Assembly (NCBI GenBank): GCA_023145435.1
Contig: JAGLDS010000002.1
Location: forward strand, 12,675-76,674
Origin: Clostridiales bacterium
GTDB lineage: Bacteria > Bacillota > Clostridia > DUPQ01
Length of the DNA: 64,000 nt
Direction: 5' to 3'
The notes beneath the pieces were generated by a model. It worked only from the letters and a program-made list of their open reading frames with translations, was not told the origin of the DNA and made no database searches. This document shows, in pieces, positions 24,239 to 33,747 of the stretch (the stretch's first letter is position 1; every line of letters starts with the position of its first letter). A program made the position numbers and the translations under genes.

Positions 24239-25522
24239 ATGAGTAAAAATATTAAAAAAATCTTTATAGATATAACAATTGATAAATTAGATAAAACAAA
24301 TGGTAATTTGCTTTTAATGGAAGAAAATTTTCTTGATATGGCTTTAGGGATGTTCATTCATTGGTCAATCGATGTAACAATTGGCTCATTAGCATCACAT
24401 TGGATGGTAGCTGCCAACGACGAAATACTAGAAAAAGTATATAAAGAGTTACCAGATTTATTTTATCCAACCAGATACAACACAGACGAATGGGCTCTTT
24501 TAGCTAAAACAGCTGGCATGAAATATGTTGTTTTTACCACAAAACACCATGGCGGATTTTGCATGTATGATACCAAAACTACTCCCTTCAATGTTATGAA
24601 TACACGTTTTGGAAAAGATGTATTAAGTGATGTAATGGCTTCATTTAGAAAATTTGATATAGAAACTGGTATTTATTTCTCTCCATTGGATTTTACTTGG
24701 TGTAAAGAAAATAATAAGCATCTTCAATTTATGACAGATGAGGTTATTCCTGCTAATAACCCTGGTCTATTGGCATATAATGAAGCACAAATTAGAGAAA
24801 TATTTACTAATTATGGTCCCATCTCAACTGTATTTTTTGATGGCCCACCTGCTAATTTAAAAAAAATAGTATGGGAAATTAGCAAAAACACAGTAATCAC
24901 TAGAAGCGAAATGCCAACACCAGAACTAGAACTTCCAGATGAAATTATAGATGAACCTTGGGAAGCATGTTACCGGTTAGGTAATTCATGGACATACAAA
25001 GCAAGTAATGAAGACTACAAAAGTGGTACAGATATAATAAAATTGTTAATTGATACTCGATCTAAAGGTGGAAATATGCTTTTAAATATATCTCCTGATA
25101 CCTTTGGACAAGTACCAGTTGAGCAACAACGCTTATTACAAGAGTTAGGTTTATTCCTGTTTTTCTGTGGTGAAGCTATTTATCATGTTAGACCTTATAA
25201 AGTCGCATTTGAAGATAATGGAATTTTTTATACAAAACATAAAAACGAACAAACACTATATGTGTTTGATACAAGTGGCCCATGGCCATATGCAAAACGA
25301 AAAGAAATTACATTGGAAAATGTTACCATAAGTGATAAAACAAAGATTACAATGCTTGGTCAAAATGGTCATACATTAGAACATCACCCGGAAGTTGATG
25401 CTACAACTCGTTTTTATCAAGATGAAAGTGGTTTGCATATAAATGCTATGCGTTGTTTTAGACCTTATTCTTCAAGAGACTGGCCTAACCCTGTTGTTTT
25501 TAAAATAACAAATATTAAATAG
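24239..25522 (+). CDS. GH29 alpha-L-fucosidase, cytoplasmic
   Basis: 427 aa. The YVVFTTKHHGGFCMYDT block is typical of GH29. AGGAG Shine-Dalgarno. No signal peptide. Confidence 0.8.
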   Translation: MSKNIKKIFIDITIDKLDKTNGNLLLMEENFLDMALGMFIHWSIDVTIGSLASHWMVAANDEILEKVYKELPDLFYPTRYNTDEWALLAKTAGMKYVVFTTKHHGGFCMYDTKTTPFNVMNTRFGKDVLSDVMASFRKFDIETGIYFSPLDFTWCKENNKHLQFMTDEVIPANNPGLLAYNEAQIREIFTNYGPISTVFFDGPPANLKKIVWEISKNTVITRSEMPTPELELPDEIIDEPWEACYRLGNSWTYKASNEDYKSGTDIIKLLIDTRSKGGNMLLNISPDTFGQVPVEQQRLLQELGLFLFFCGEAIYHVRPYKVAFEDNGIFYTKHKNEQTLYVFDTSGPWPYAKRKEITLENVTISDKTKITMLGQNGHTLEHHPEVDATTRFYQDESGLHINAMRCFRPYSSRDWPNPVVFKITNIK

Positions 25523-26540
25523 CTTCATGGCTAATATATATTATAGAATCTTCTTTATTAATAAGTTCATCAGCATTTGGATTTAAAATTGTCTTATTAT
25601 TTTTTACAATTCCAATAATTATACATTTATAATTTTTAAGGTAGTTATTAGCTAAAGTAGAAAATATTATAGATTCTTTTAAATCATCCATTATTTTTTC
25701 ATATAATTCATTCCCATAGGCATTTGTTGTTAATTCTTTAATACTATCTGAAACATGCTTATGTATTGCACCTCTTGCAATAATTTTTGAAGTAATCTGA
25801 CTTGTGATTACATAATCATCTACATTAGCTCGTAAGAAATGATTTAAATTTTTCTCATCTGCAATTTCTGCCACAATATGAATATCTGGATTCATCTTGT
25901 CAACTGCTAAACAAATAAGTACAGATTTCGCATCTCTCATCTGTGGTTGTTCTAAGGATTCATCTGATAAAATAATTACTTTTGATGCTTTTTTCACATT
26001 TGCCTTTTCTAATGTTTCATCTGAAGTTTCTTCTCCATTAACAAAATGAAAAGAATCATCAGATTTTTTAAGACCTGGTGTAGATGATATGACAACTATT
26101 TCACTTGGATGATCTTCATTATTAATCTCTTCAATAATACTTTTTGTTTTATTTGTATAACCAAATATAATTATATGATTTTTACAATTCACTTTTAAAT
26201 CCCCGCTTTCACCTTTAACCATTTTATCAAAAAATATAGTCGCAACAGATGCTGTAATTAGTCCAAAAGTTCCAATCCCAATCACCATTAAAAATGTAGC
26301 AACAATTCTCCCTAATTGTGTAACAGGAAATATATCACCATATCCGACAGTTGTAACAGTAGCAAAACCCCACCATAGCCCATCTATAAATGTTATGTCT
26401 TGTTCTTTTCTCTCAAAAACATAAAATAAGTATGAAGTAATTAAAACTATTGTTGCTGTAAAAAGTAAAATTTTACTTATATTGCTTAGAGTTATTTTTT
26501 TTCTGATAGTCAATATCATTTTTTGTAGTATAACAAACAT
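25515..26540 (-). CDS. potassium channel with C-terminal RCK/TrkA-N domain (MthK-like)
   Basis: 341 aa. Two TM helices flank the selectivity filter TTVGYGD. Followed by an RCK-like domain (IIIFGYTNKT). Confidence 0.85.
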   Translation of the reverse strand: MFVILQKMILTIRKKITLSNISKILLFTATIVLITSYLFYVFERKEQDITFIDGLWWGFATVTTVGYGDIFPVTQLGRIVATFLMVIGIGTFGLITASVATIFFDKMVKGESGDLKVNCKNHIIIFGYTNKTKSIIEEINNEDHPSEIVVISSTPGLKKSDDSFHFVNGEETSDETLEKANVKKASKVIILSDESLEQPQMRDAKSVLICLAVDKMNPDIHIVAEIADEKNLNHFLRANVDDYVITSQITSKIIARGAIHKHVSDSIKELTTNAYGNELYEKIMDDLKESIIFSTLANNYLKNYKCIIIGIVKNNKTILNPNADELINKEDSIIYISHEAI

Positions 26541-26665
26541 TTTTATAATATATCATAAACTACCTATTTTATGGTAATTACAGCTAAATTTTTATGTAAT
26601 ATAACCTTTAAAATACAATTTATACTAAGAAATTTTTAAAAAATATTTCTTTTTTAAAAAATATA

Positions 26666-26695
26666 TTGCTAATTACTGTTATTTGGTTATATAAT
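26666..26695 (+). promoter_or_regulatory. putative promoter of the zinc-ribbon gene
   Basis: TTGCTA (26666-26671), 18-nt spacer, TATAAT (26690-26695). It is followed directly by the 15-bp perfect palindrome ATAGGTTAAACCTAT (26694-26708). Confidence 0.45.
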
Positions 26696-26801
26696 AGGTT
26701 AAACCTATATAAAAAAACTATTGGTAGGGAATCTTTACTCTGTACTGGTAATCAATCAAATATTCTTTTTATAAATGGGAAAAACAAATCGGAGGAAGAA
26801 C

Positions 26802-27077
26802 ATGGATAAAACTATAGCATGCAGAGATTGTGGAAATGACTTCACGTTTACAGAAGCTGAACAGGCTTTTTACGCAGAAAAAGGATTCCAAAACGATCCA
26901 GCAAGATGTCCTGAATGCAGGACTAAAAGAAAAGCTCAGAGAAACAATTTCAAATCAGAAAGAGTTATGTACGACGTAGTATGTGACGAATGTGGCGCAG
27001 AAACAAAAGTACCTTTCAAACCTAGTGGTGACAGACCAGTTTACTGCAGAGATTGCTTTGAAGCAAGAAAAAGATAG
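26802..27077 (+). CDS. small double zinc-ribbon protein (CxxC-x17-CxxC type)
   Basis: Track ORF 26775..27077. The ATG at 26802 has a GGAGG Shine-Dalgarno 7 nt upstream. Two CxxC...CxxC units (CRDCG...CPECR and CDECG...CRDCF). Visibly more GC-rich than the flanks. Confidence 0.75.
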   Translation: MDKTIACRDCGNDFTFTEAEQAFYAEKGFQNDPARCPECRTKRKAQRNNFKSERVMYDVVCDECGAETKVPFKPSGDRPVYCRDCFEARKR

Positions 27078-27104
27078 TTATTAATAGTAACATCGAATTA
27101 TAAA

Positions 27105-27131
27105 ACAACACCCTATGGGTGTTGTTTTTTA
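27105..27131. terminator. bidirectional rho-independent terminator
   Basis: AACAACACCC, loop TAT, GGGTGTTGTT, flanked by an A-run upstream and a T-run downstream. It sits between the convergent zinc-ribbon gene (+) and the ABC-2 permease (-). Confidence 0.75.
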
Positions 27132-27135
27132 TATA

Positions 27136-28248
27136 CTAAACTTTTTGTTTCTTAAATTTATTAATGATTAAGTAGATTAAAATATATATTATTGCAAATG
27201 CAAGCATCATAATTATATTAAATATAATACTTTCACTTTTAAATAATTTAATTATTGCTGTATTAAACCAGTATTGAGGTGTTATGGTTGCAATGCTTCT
27301 CATAAACTTAGGCATAAACTCAATTGGCCAATAACATCCACCTAACATACTTGTAATTGTTAAGACAAAAATATTAATTGCCATAACAGAACTTTGGCTT
27401 CTTGCTAGAGAAACTAGTAAGGTACCAAGAGATATGGTAACAATATACAGACAGATCATTAGTATAATCATTACTTTAATTGAAATTATACTTCCTATAT
27501 TAAATATTAAATAAATTATTGGTAATGAAATAGCTAAATGCAATATAGCAAAAAAGAAACTAGATAAAATATTGCCAAATACAAATTCAATAGATGATAC
27601 TGGTGAACTCATAATTCTATGATATGTTTTATAAATTTTTTCATTATATGTTAAAGCACAAATTCCCCATATTGCAAATATTGATGCAAAAACATACATT
27701 CCAAACCCAGTCTGTGTAGCATCCATTTTAGAAGCTATATCCCCTACTTCATAAACAATCAATGAAACTTGGCTGTTAGTATAGCTATTAAGAATTTTTT
27801 CATAATTATTTGAAGGTCCAACCAAAGAAAGGTTAGCAATCTTTTGATTAAGAAAATTTTCTAGCCATCCTAGAACTGATACTCCTTCAATTGAATATAG
27901 TAAAACTTCGGTAGGTTCTCCTTCTTTTAATAATTTTTCAAAATTTTTGGGAATAATAATACCTGCTTTAATTTTTTTATTAGTAATAGCTTTAATAAGC
28001 AATTCTTTTTCATAAAAAGAAATATTATAGCTATCACTATTTTCAATATATGAAGATAAATGTTTTGATGCTGCTGAATTATCATTATCTACAATCCCAA
28101 TATTTATAGCCTGTGAACTAGTATTACTAATAAAAAGCATAAACATAACTGCTAATATTGGAGGTAATAACACATAAACTAAAAAATTAATCTTATTTTT
28201 TGATATCTGTAAAATGAAATTTTTTGCAATAATAATTGAATTACCCAT
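27136..28248 (-). CDS. ABC-2 type transporter permease
   Basis: 370 aa. N-terminal TM, extracytoplasmic loop, then about 5 C-terminal TM helices. 8-nt overlap with the upstream paralog. Confidence 0.75.
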   Translation of the reverse strand: MGNSIIIAKNFILQISKNKINFLVYVLLPPILAVMFMLFISNTSSQAINIGIVDNDNSAASKHLSSYIENSDSYNISFYEKELLIKAITNKKIKAGIIIPKNFEKLLKEGEPTEVLLYSIEGVSVLGWLENFLNQKIANLSLVGPSNNYEKILNSYTNSQVSLIVYEVGDIASKMDATQTGFGMYVFASIFAIWGICALTYNEKIYKTYHRIMSSPVSSIEFVFGNILSSFFFAILHLAISLPIIYLIFNIGSIISIKVMIILMICLYIVTISLGTLLVSLARSQSSVMAINIFVLTITSMLGGCYWPIEFMPKFMRSIATITPQYWFNTAIIKLFKSESIIFNIIMMLAFAIIYILIYLIINKFKKQKV

Positions 28249-29362
28249 GTGCTTTCCTCCTTACTTTGTTGATAATAAGAATTATTAAAGTAGTTAAAAG
28301 TGCAATACCTAAACAAAGCGAAATTGAAATCCAAGCATTATGGTAGTCATTTAAATATATAGCATTAAAAATAGAATGGTTAACCCAGTAAAGAGGAGAG
28401 ATTTGTTTTATAATACCAAATGTTCCTGTTGATGGTAATTGTACATAGCCATCTCCAAGAAACACTAATACTGGAATAAGTAATTGTGCAACACCTGAAA
28501 CAACTGATTCAGATTTAATCATCATACCTAACAGTGAACCAATAGCTGATACCATTATAAGTTCAGCCCATAAAATCGCAAGTGGAATTATTAAATTGTC
28601 ACCCCAATACGTGTTAAAAATAAATATGCCTAAAAGTACCATTATTAACATTTGAAATGAAAGAATAACTACATTACCTACAATTACTCCCCATTGGTAA
28701 GTAGCTTCATTAGTAGGTGTTATTAAAATACGATCTTTTGTTTTCTCACGTTTGTCACCTATGATATATGTACTTATAAAAATCAAACCGTAAAATATGA
28801 ACATAGAGGTAATTGTCACCCCATAATAGTCCATTGAGCCTGGTTCTCTATCTTTTTCAATAGAAACTACTTTTGTATAAGAGGGTTTTGAAACTTTATT
28901 GTTATAAGGTATGTTTCCATCAACTTGTAAAATTGTTGATATTAGATTATATTGATCAGCATAGTTGCTAATTAGTAATTCAGCCATAGTTCCATTAAAA
29001 CTATAAACACTGTTTTTATAAATAGTTATTGTACTTTTATTAACTACAATATAAGCATCAGTTTGATTTTTTTTAACTGCTTCAAAAGCAATATCTTCAT
29101 TTTTTTCTTCAGAAAATTTAAACATTTCAATATCAGCATTTACTAATGAATCAACAAATACTTGAGCATTTCTTGAATTATCTGTAATATTATAAAGCAT
29201 ATCAGCATGGGCAATAGAAGGATTTACATCTCCAATCATACCTTTAAAAGCATTACCAAGTAACCAAATTAGTATAATAGGAAAAACCAACATAATTATG
29301 ATAAACATTTTATCTCTAAACGTTCGTTTAATATATATTATAAATATTTGTAAAAATCTCAT
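28241..29362 (-). CDS. ABC-2 type transporter permease
   Basis: 373 aa with the same architecture as 27136..28248. Confidence 0.75.
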   Translation of the reverse strand: MRFLQIFIIYIKRTFRDKMFIIIMLVFPIILIWLLGNAFKGMIGDVNPSIAHADMLYNITDNSRNAQVFVDSLVNADIEMFKFSEEKNEDIAFEAVKKNQTDAYIVVNKSTITIYKNSVYSFNGTMAELLISNYADQYNLISTILQVDGNIPYNNKVSKPSYTKVVSIEKDREPGSMDYYGVTITSMFIFYGLIFISTYIIGDKREKTKDRILITPTNEATYQWGVIVGNVVILSFQMLIMVLLGIFIFNTYWGDNLIIPLAILWAELIMVSAIGSLLGMMIKSESVVSGVAQLLIPVLVFLGDGYVQLPSTGTFGIIKQISPLYWVNHSIFNAIYLNDYHNAWISISLCLGIALLTTLIILIINKVRRKAHG

Positions 29363-29363
29363 A

Positions 29364-30302
29364 TTAATCTCTCAAAGTTCTTCCAGTTAAAGTTAAAAAT
29401 ACATCTTCTAAATTTGGTATCCTACTCTCAATTGTTGAAACTTGCTTATTACAAGCTTTAACTTTAGAAATAACATTTTCTAACAATTCGCTATTTCCAT
29501 TATGAGTAATATTAATTCCCTCCTCTTCTAAATTTACACTTTCTACACCATCGATTTCTAAGAAGGTCTTACTTTCATTATAATTAAAGTTATCTCCCTT
29601 AATTTTCACATATAGTAATTCGTGTTTAGTAACAAGTTTCACCAACTTATTAACAGTACCTTCTGCTATTATTTTCCCATAGTCAATAATTGAAATTTTA
29701 TCACAAATACTTTGAGCTTCTTCCATATAATGCGTTGTATAAATAATAGTATTTCCTTGTTTATTTAATTTAACAATTGATTCAAGTATATGATTTCTAG
29801 ACTGAGGATCTATTCCCACAGTAGGTTCATCAAAAAAAATGATTTCAGGTTCATGACAAATACCACAAGCAATATTAAGTCGTCTTTTCATACCTCCAGA
29901 AAAAGTTTTAACCTGGCTTTTTTGTCGATCTTTTAAACCTACAAACTCCAATGCTTTATTTACTTTATCTTTTCTTTCTTTTCCTCTTAATCCATATAAA
30001 GATGCAAAAAATGAAATATTTTCATATGCAGTTAAATCCTCATATATGGCTAAGTCTTGTGGTACAAAACCTAACTTACCTTTAATTTTATGAAAATTAC
30101 TAGGTATAGATTGTTCCATTATTGAAATGTCACCTTGATCATGATTTATTAAACTTGCAAAAATATTGATTAGTGTACTTTTCCCAGCACCATTTGGACC
30201 TAAAAGTCCATGAATGTCTCCTTTTTTTATTGATAAATCTAAACCATCTAGAGCTTGTATTTCCTTATATTTTTTATAGACATTTTGACATTTAATTATC
30301 AT
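29364..30302 (-). CDS. ABC transporter ATP-binding protein (ABC-2/DrrA-like)
   Basis: 312 aa. Walker A GPNGAGKST, signature FSGGMKRR, Walker B IIFFDEPT. AAGGAG Shine-Dalgarno. Confidence 0.9.
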   Translation of the reverse strand: MIIKCQNVYKKYKEIQALDGLDLSIKKGDIHGLLGPNGAGKSTLINIFASLINHDQGDISIMEQSIPSNFHKIKGKLGFVPQDLAIYEDLTAYENISFFASLYGLRGKERKDKVNKALEFVGLKDRQKSQVKTFSGGMKRRLNIACGICHEPEIIFFDEPTVGIDPQSRNHILESIVKLNKQGNTIIYTTHYMEEAQSICDKISIIDYGKIIAEGTVNKLVKLVTKHELLYVKIKGDNFNYNESKTFLEIDGVESVNLEEEGINITHNGNSELLENVISKVKACNKQVSTIESRIPNLEDVFLTLTGRTLRD

Positions 30303-30313
30303 ATCTTGCTCCT

Positions 30314-31417
30314 TTAATATTTCCCATATTTCAAACTAGCATTTATAAATTCATAATAGTTTTCTTCAGTTTTTTTATCAAGTGGTTCATTAATTGGAGA
30401 AGCGGTTGGCATAATAATAAACCCTGACTCCCCTTTTGCATCTTCCATAATGTTTTTTACTAGATTATTTATATATTCTTTATTTTGATTTTCTAAATCT
30501 TTTAGTTCAATATTCCCCATTAAACAAACTTTATCTTTACAAATATTCTTTACATCTTTAAGTGATATATTTCCATCTGGTGGTGGCTCAATTGGTTCTA
30601 AAATCATCATATCTGTTTTTAAAAACTCAGGTAAAACCTCTTTAATCTTCCCATGACAATGTATCCGTGGAAAACCACCTGCTTGTTTAATTTCACTACA
30701 ATAATATTTTAAATAATTTGTGGCTAATTCGGGAAATAATCTAGGTGGTAAATAAGGAGGTGTTGCATATTCAGGGCCATATATCCTAACCATCATATCT
30801 CTAACTCCACCTTTTATTGTTTGGTCAAATTGAATTTTTTGATGTTCAAATATAGCATCTGTTGCTTTTAGTATCTCTTTTGTTTCTGTCATAGCATATA
30901 TCATAAACTGACCAAACTCAAAACTATCAGCAATTATACATAAAGGGTCAGCCATAGAAAGCATTATTATACCATCATCTCCTATGGTTTTTTCAAGCTT
31001 ATGTACATGCTTAGTTGATACTGGTAATGTAATATCGGGCAAAACATCAATATAGGCATGAAGATCTGTTAAATCCTCACAGAAGTGTTTAATCGTCCAA
31101 TTCGTATTTTGATTGTCATATCTCTTTTGAATTTTAATTAGATCTTTTTGTCTAGTATGAAGAATTGATTTTGTAAGGATACCTCCTTTTATTGGTTCCC
31201 TAATTACTTCTAATAATGGATTTTCCCCAATCGTTTTCGCTGCTGTTGAGTAAACACAATCAGTATTTTCTTTGAAAAATTGCATCATATTCGCATATGA
31301 AGGTGCTTTATGATAAAAATCATCTTTAAAATGTGGTACCATTTCATAAGTTGATATTGGTACTCTATCAATAGGTTTATGCTTGATACATTTTAATAAC
31401 CGTTCTCTACTTTTCAT
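30314..31417 (-). CDS. uroporphyrinogen decarboxylase (URO-D) family protein, function unknown
   Basis: Track ORF 30314..31429 uses a GTG start. The ATG at 31417 (MKSRERLL) follows a GAGGA Shine-Dalgarno. A TATAAT on the minus strand lies at 31439-31434. First gene of the ABC-2 operon. Confidence 0.65.
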   Translation of the reverse strand: MKSRERLLKCIKHKPIDRVPISTYEMVPHFKDDFYHKAPSYANMMQFFKENTDCVYSTAAKTIGENPLLEVIREPIKGGILTKSILHTRQKDLIKIQKRYDNQNTNWTIKHFCEDLTDLHAYIDVLPDITLPVSTKHVHKLEKTIGDDGIIMLSMADPLCIIADSFEFGQFMIYAMTETKEILKATDAIFEHQKIQFDQTIKGGVRDMMVRIYGPEYATPPYLPPRLFPELATNYLKYYCSEIKQAGGFPRIHCHGKIKEVLPEFLKTDMMILEPIEPPPDGNISLKDVKNICKDKVCLMGNIELKDLENQNKEYINNLVKNIMEDAKGESGFIIMPTASPINEPLDKKTEENYYEFINASLKYGKY

Positions 31418-31472
31418 AATTCCTCGCACTTATATTATAAGGTATGATATATTTCATTTCAATCATATATAT

Positions 31473-31481
31473 TGTATAATA
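31473..31481 (+). promoter_or_regulatory. putative extended -10 element (TGtATAATA) placed 5-6 nt before the ATG of the S41 peptidase gene
   Basis: TG at 31473-31474 and A/T hexamer at 31475-31481. No Shine-Dalgarno before the ATG at 31487. Confidence 0.35.
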
Positions 31482-31486
31482 CATTT

Positions 31487-32383
31487 ATGAAGAAATTCAA
31501 CTTTAAAAAAGCATTTTATATAATACTAGCTATCTCTTTAGTGTTAATTCTTGGACTAGGAACAATAATATTTCTAAATGTAGACTATATAATGTTTAAA
31601 TACTTTATAACTTCTAAATATTTATATACAGATACCCTTGATCAACTATATCAAAATAAATTAGAAATTGATGTTGATAAAAATTACTTTAAATATTTTG
31701 ATAATTTAGCAATTGAAAGTTTATCAGATTTATTAAGATTAACTGGAAACGATCCATATACATATCAATATACTCCAAAGGAACATGATGATTACGTAAT
31801 TTGGCGTGAAGAAAAAGCAAAACAAACCACAATTATGCAGTTTACTAAAAATAGTTCTTATTTACTGTATACTAATTTCACCCCAGATACTTATGACTAT
31901 CTTTTAAGTAAAATTGATTTTATAAATCAATTTGATACTTTGGTTATTGATCTTCAAGGTAATGGTGGTGGGGACTTAGATGTATTATTTGATTTATGTG
32001 GACTGTTTGTTGGTAATGACCAAACAATTACAATTGAGTCAACAAGAACCTTTGATAAATGTATTACATCTTCTCTAAAACAACAGATTTTTGTAGATAA
32101 TATATATATATTAATTGATAACCATAGTGCTTCCGCTAGTGAAAGTTTTGTTGTTTGTTTAAATGATTTATTACCTAACGTAACCATCGTTGGAACTACA
32201 TCCTATGGGAAAGGAATTGGACAGACTAAAATTAATCTAACAAAAGGATTTTATACTAAAGCAACTACTTTAGAATGGTTGTCTCCAAATGGATACTCAA
32301 TTCATCATATTGGTATTACACCTGATTATTATTATGACAAAGAAGATATACTTGACTATGTAAAATATGGACTATTAGAATAA
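31487..32383 (+). CDS. S41 family C-terminal processing peptidase-like protein, membrane anchored
   Basis: Track ORF starts at the TTG at 31472; I prefer the ATG at 31487 (MKKFNFKK + TM helix). S41 blocks IDLQGNGGGD, DNHSASASE and GTTSYGKG. Confidence 0.72.
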   Translation: MKKFNFKKAFYIILAISLVLILGLGTIIFLNVDYIMFKYFITSKYLYTDTLDQLYQNKLEIDVDKNYFKYFDNLAIESLSDLLRLTGNDPYTYQYTPKEHDDYVIWREEKAKQTTIMQFTKNSSYLLYTNFTPDTYDYLLSKIDFINQFDTLVIDLQGNGGGDLDVLFDLCGLFVGNDQTITIESTRTFDKCITSSLKQQIFVDNIYILIDNHSASASESFVVCLNDLLPNVTIVGTTSYGKGIGQTKINLTKGFYTKATTLEWLSPNGYSIHHIGITPDYYYDKEDILDYVKYGLLE

Positions 32384-32404
32384 ATTGTGGTGTTAACACA
32401 ATTT
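32382..32404. terminator. weak hairpin between convergent genes (possible bidirectional terminator)
   Basis: AAATTGTG (32382-32389), 7-nt loop, CACAATTT (32397-32404). The stem is AT-rich and the U-tracts are modest. Confidence 0.35.
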
Positions 32405-33746
32405 ATCTATTAGTAATTGATGTATAAGGTATCTCTTTTATTACATTCTTATAAGCAGGTCTCATAATTCTACTACAATTAATATTTTCTTCAATAATAT
32501 GAGCACACCACCCTGCAACTCTTGCAGTCGCAAATAAAGGTGTAAATAAGTCTTCGTTAATACCTAGCATGTTATAAACAAAGCCTGAATAAAAATCTAC
32601 ATTTGCACATAATGGTTTGTCTGAATTTTTAATTTTTTTGAAAACTACTGGTGTTAATTTTTCTACCTTTTCATATAATGTAAATTCAGATAATAATCCT
32701 TTTTCTATTGCTAATTCTTTTGCTTTTTCTTTAAGTAGTATAGCTCTTGGGTCTGAAAGAGTATAAACTGCATGACCCATTCCGTAAATCAAACCTGAAT
32801 GATCAAAAGCATCTCTTTTTAATATTTTTATTAAGTAAGCCTCAATTTGTTCTTCATCTTCAAAATCGGTAATATTACTTTTTATTTCTTTCATCATATT
32901 ATTTACTTTTATATTAGCTCCACCATGCTTTGGACCTTTTAATGATCCAATTGATGCTGCTAAAGATGAATATATATCAGTTCCAGAAGAAGCTGTTACA
33001 TGAGCTACAAAAGCTGAATTATTTCCACCACCATGTTCAGCATGTAAAATTAAAGCTAAATCAAGTAGTTTTGCTTCTTTATCTGTGTATTTTCCTGAAG
33101 CTCTACTCATTCTTAAAATATTTTGTGCTGTCGATAATTTTTTATCAGAAGCGTGTATTACTAAACTCTTATCCATAAAATGATATACTTTTGCTTGATA
33201 ACTATAAGCCATTAGCGATGGAAATTTAGCAATTAAGTCAATACTTTGACGTAATATATTAACAACACTAGTTTCATCTGGATTATCATCATAAGAATAT
33301 AAAGCAAGAACACTCCTGGCTAATTTATTCATTATATTTTTACTAGGTGCTTTTAATATCATATCTTCTAAAAACGTATCAGGTAATTCTCGATTTTCTC
33401 CTAATAGCTCAATAAATTTGTCTAATTCTATTTTAGTTGGTAGTTCACCAAAGAAAAGTAAATAAATACATTCTTCAAATCCAAATCTATCCTCTTTTAT
33501 AACTCCATTAACAAAGTCATTAATAGTAATACCACGATATTTCAAAGAACCCTTTGTAGGTATTTTTTCTCCATCATCAACTATATATCCTTTTACACCA
33601 CCGATTTTAGTCAATCCTACAAGGACACCTGTTCCATTATCATTACGTAATCCTCTTTTTACTTCATACTTAGTATATAAAGAAGGTTTAATTACATTAT
33701 TTTTTTCTGCTATTGTTCCTAAATCTAGTAAATAATCGTTTTTCAT
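32403..33746 (-). CDS. citrate (Si)-synthase / 2-methylcitrate synthase family
   Basis: 447 aa. LILHAEHGGGNNS, GMGHAVY and NVDFYSG catalytic blocks. Confidence 0.9.
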   Translation of the reverse strand: MKNDYLLDLGTIAEKNNVIKPSLYTKYEVKRGLRNDNGTGVLVGLTKIGGVKGYIVDDGEKIPTKGSLKYRGITINDFVNGVIKEDRFGFEECIYLLFFGELPTKIELDKFIELLGENRELPDTFLEDMILKAPSKNIMNKLARSVLALYSYDDNPDETSVVNILRQSIDLIAKFPSLMAYSYQAKVYHFMDKSLVIHASDKKLSTAQNILRMSRASGKYTDKEAKLLDLALILHAEHGGGNNSAFVAHVTASSGTDIYSSLAASIGSLKGPKHGGANIKVNNMMKEIKSNITDFEDEEQIEAYLIKILKRDAFDHSGLIYGMGHAVYTLSDPRAILLKEKAKELAIEKGLLSEFTLYEKVEKLTPVVFKKIKNSDKPLCANVDFYSGFVYNMLGINEDLFTPLFATARVAGWCAHIIEENINCSRIMRPAYKNVIKEIPYTSITNR

Positions 33747-33747
33747 A

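Noticed and set aside
26775-26801. The ORF-track start (MGKTNRRKNM...) for the zinc-ribbon protein.
   Set aside because: The GGAGG Shine-Dalgarno at 26791-26795 lies inside that extension, at ideal spacing from the ATG at 26802. I take the shorter protein to be the real product.
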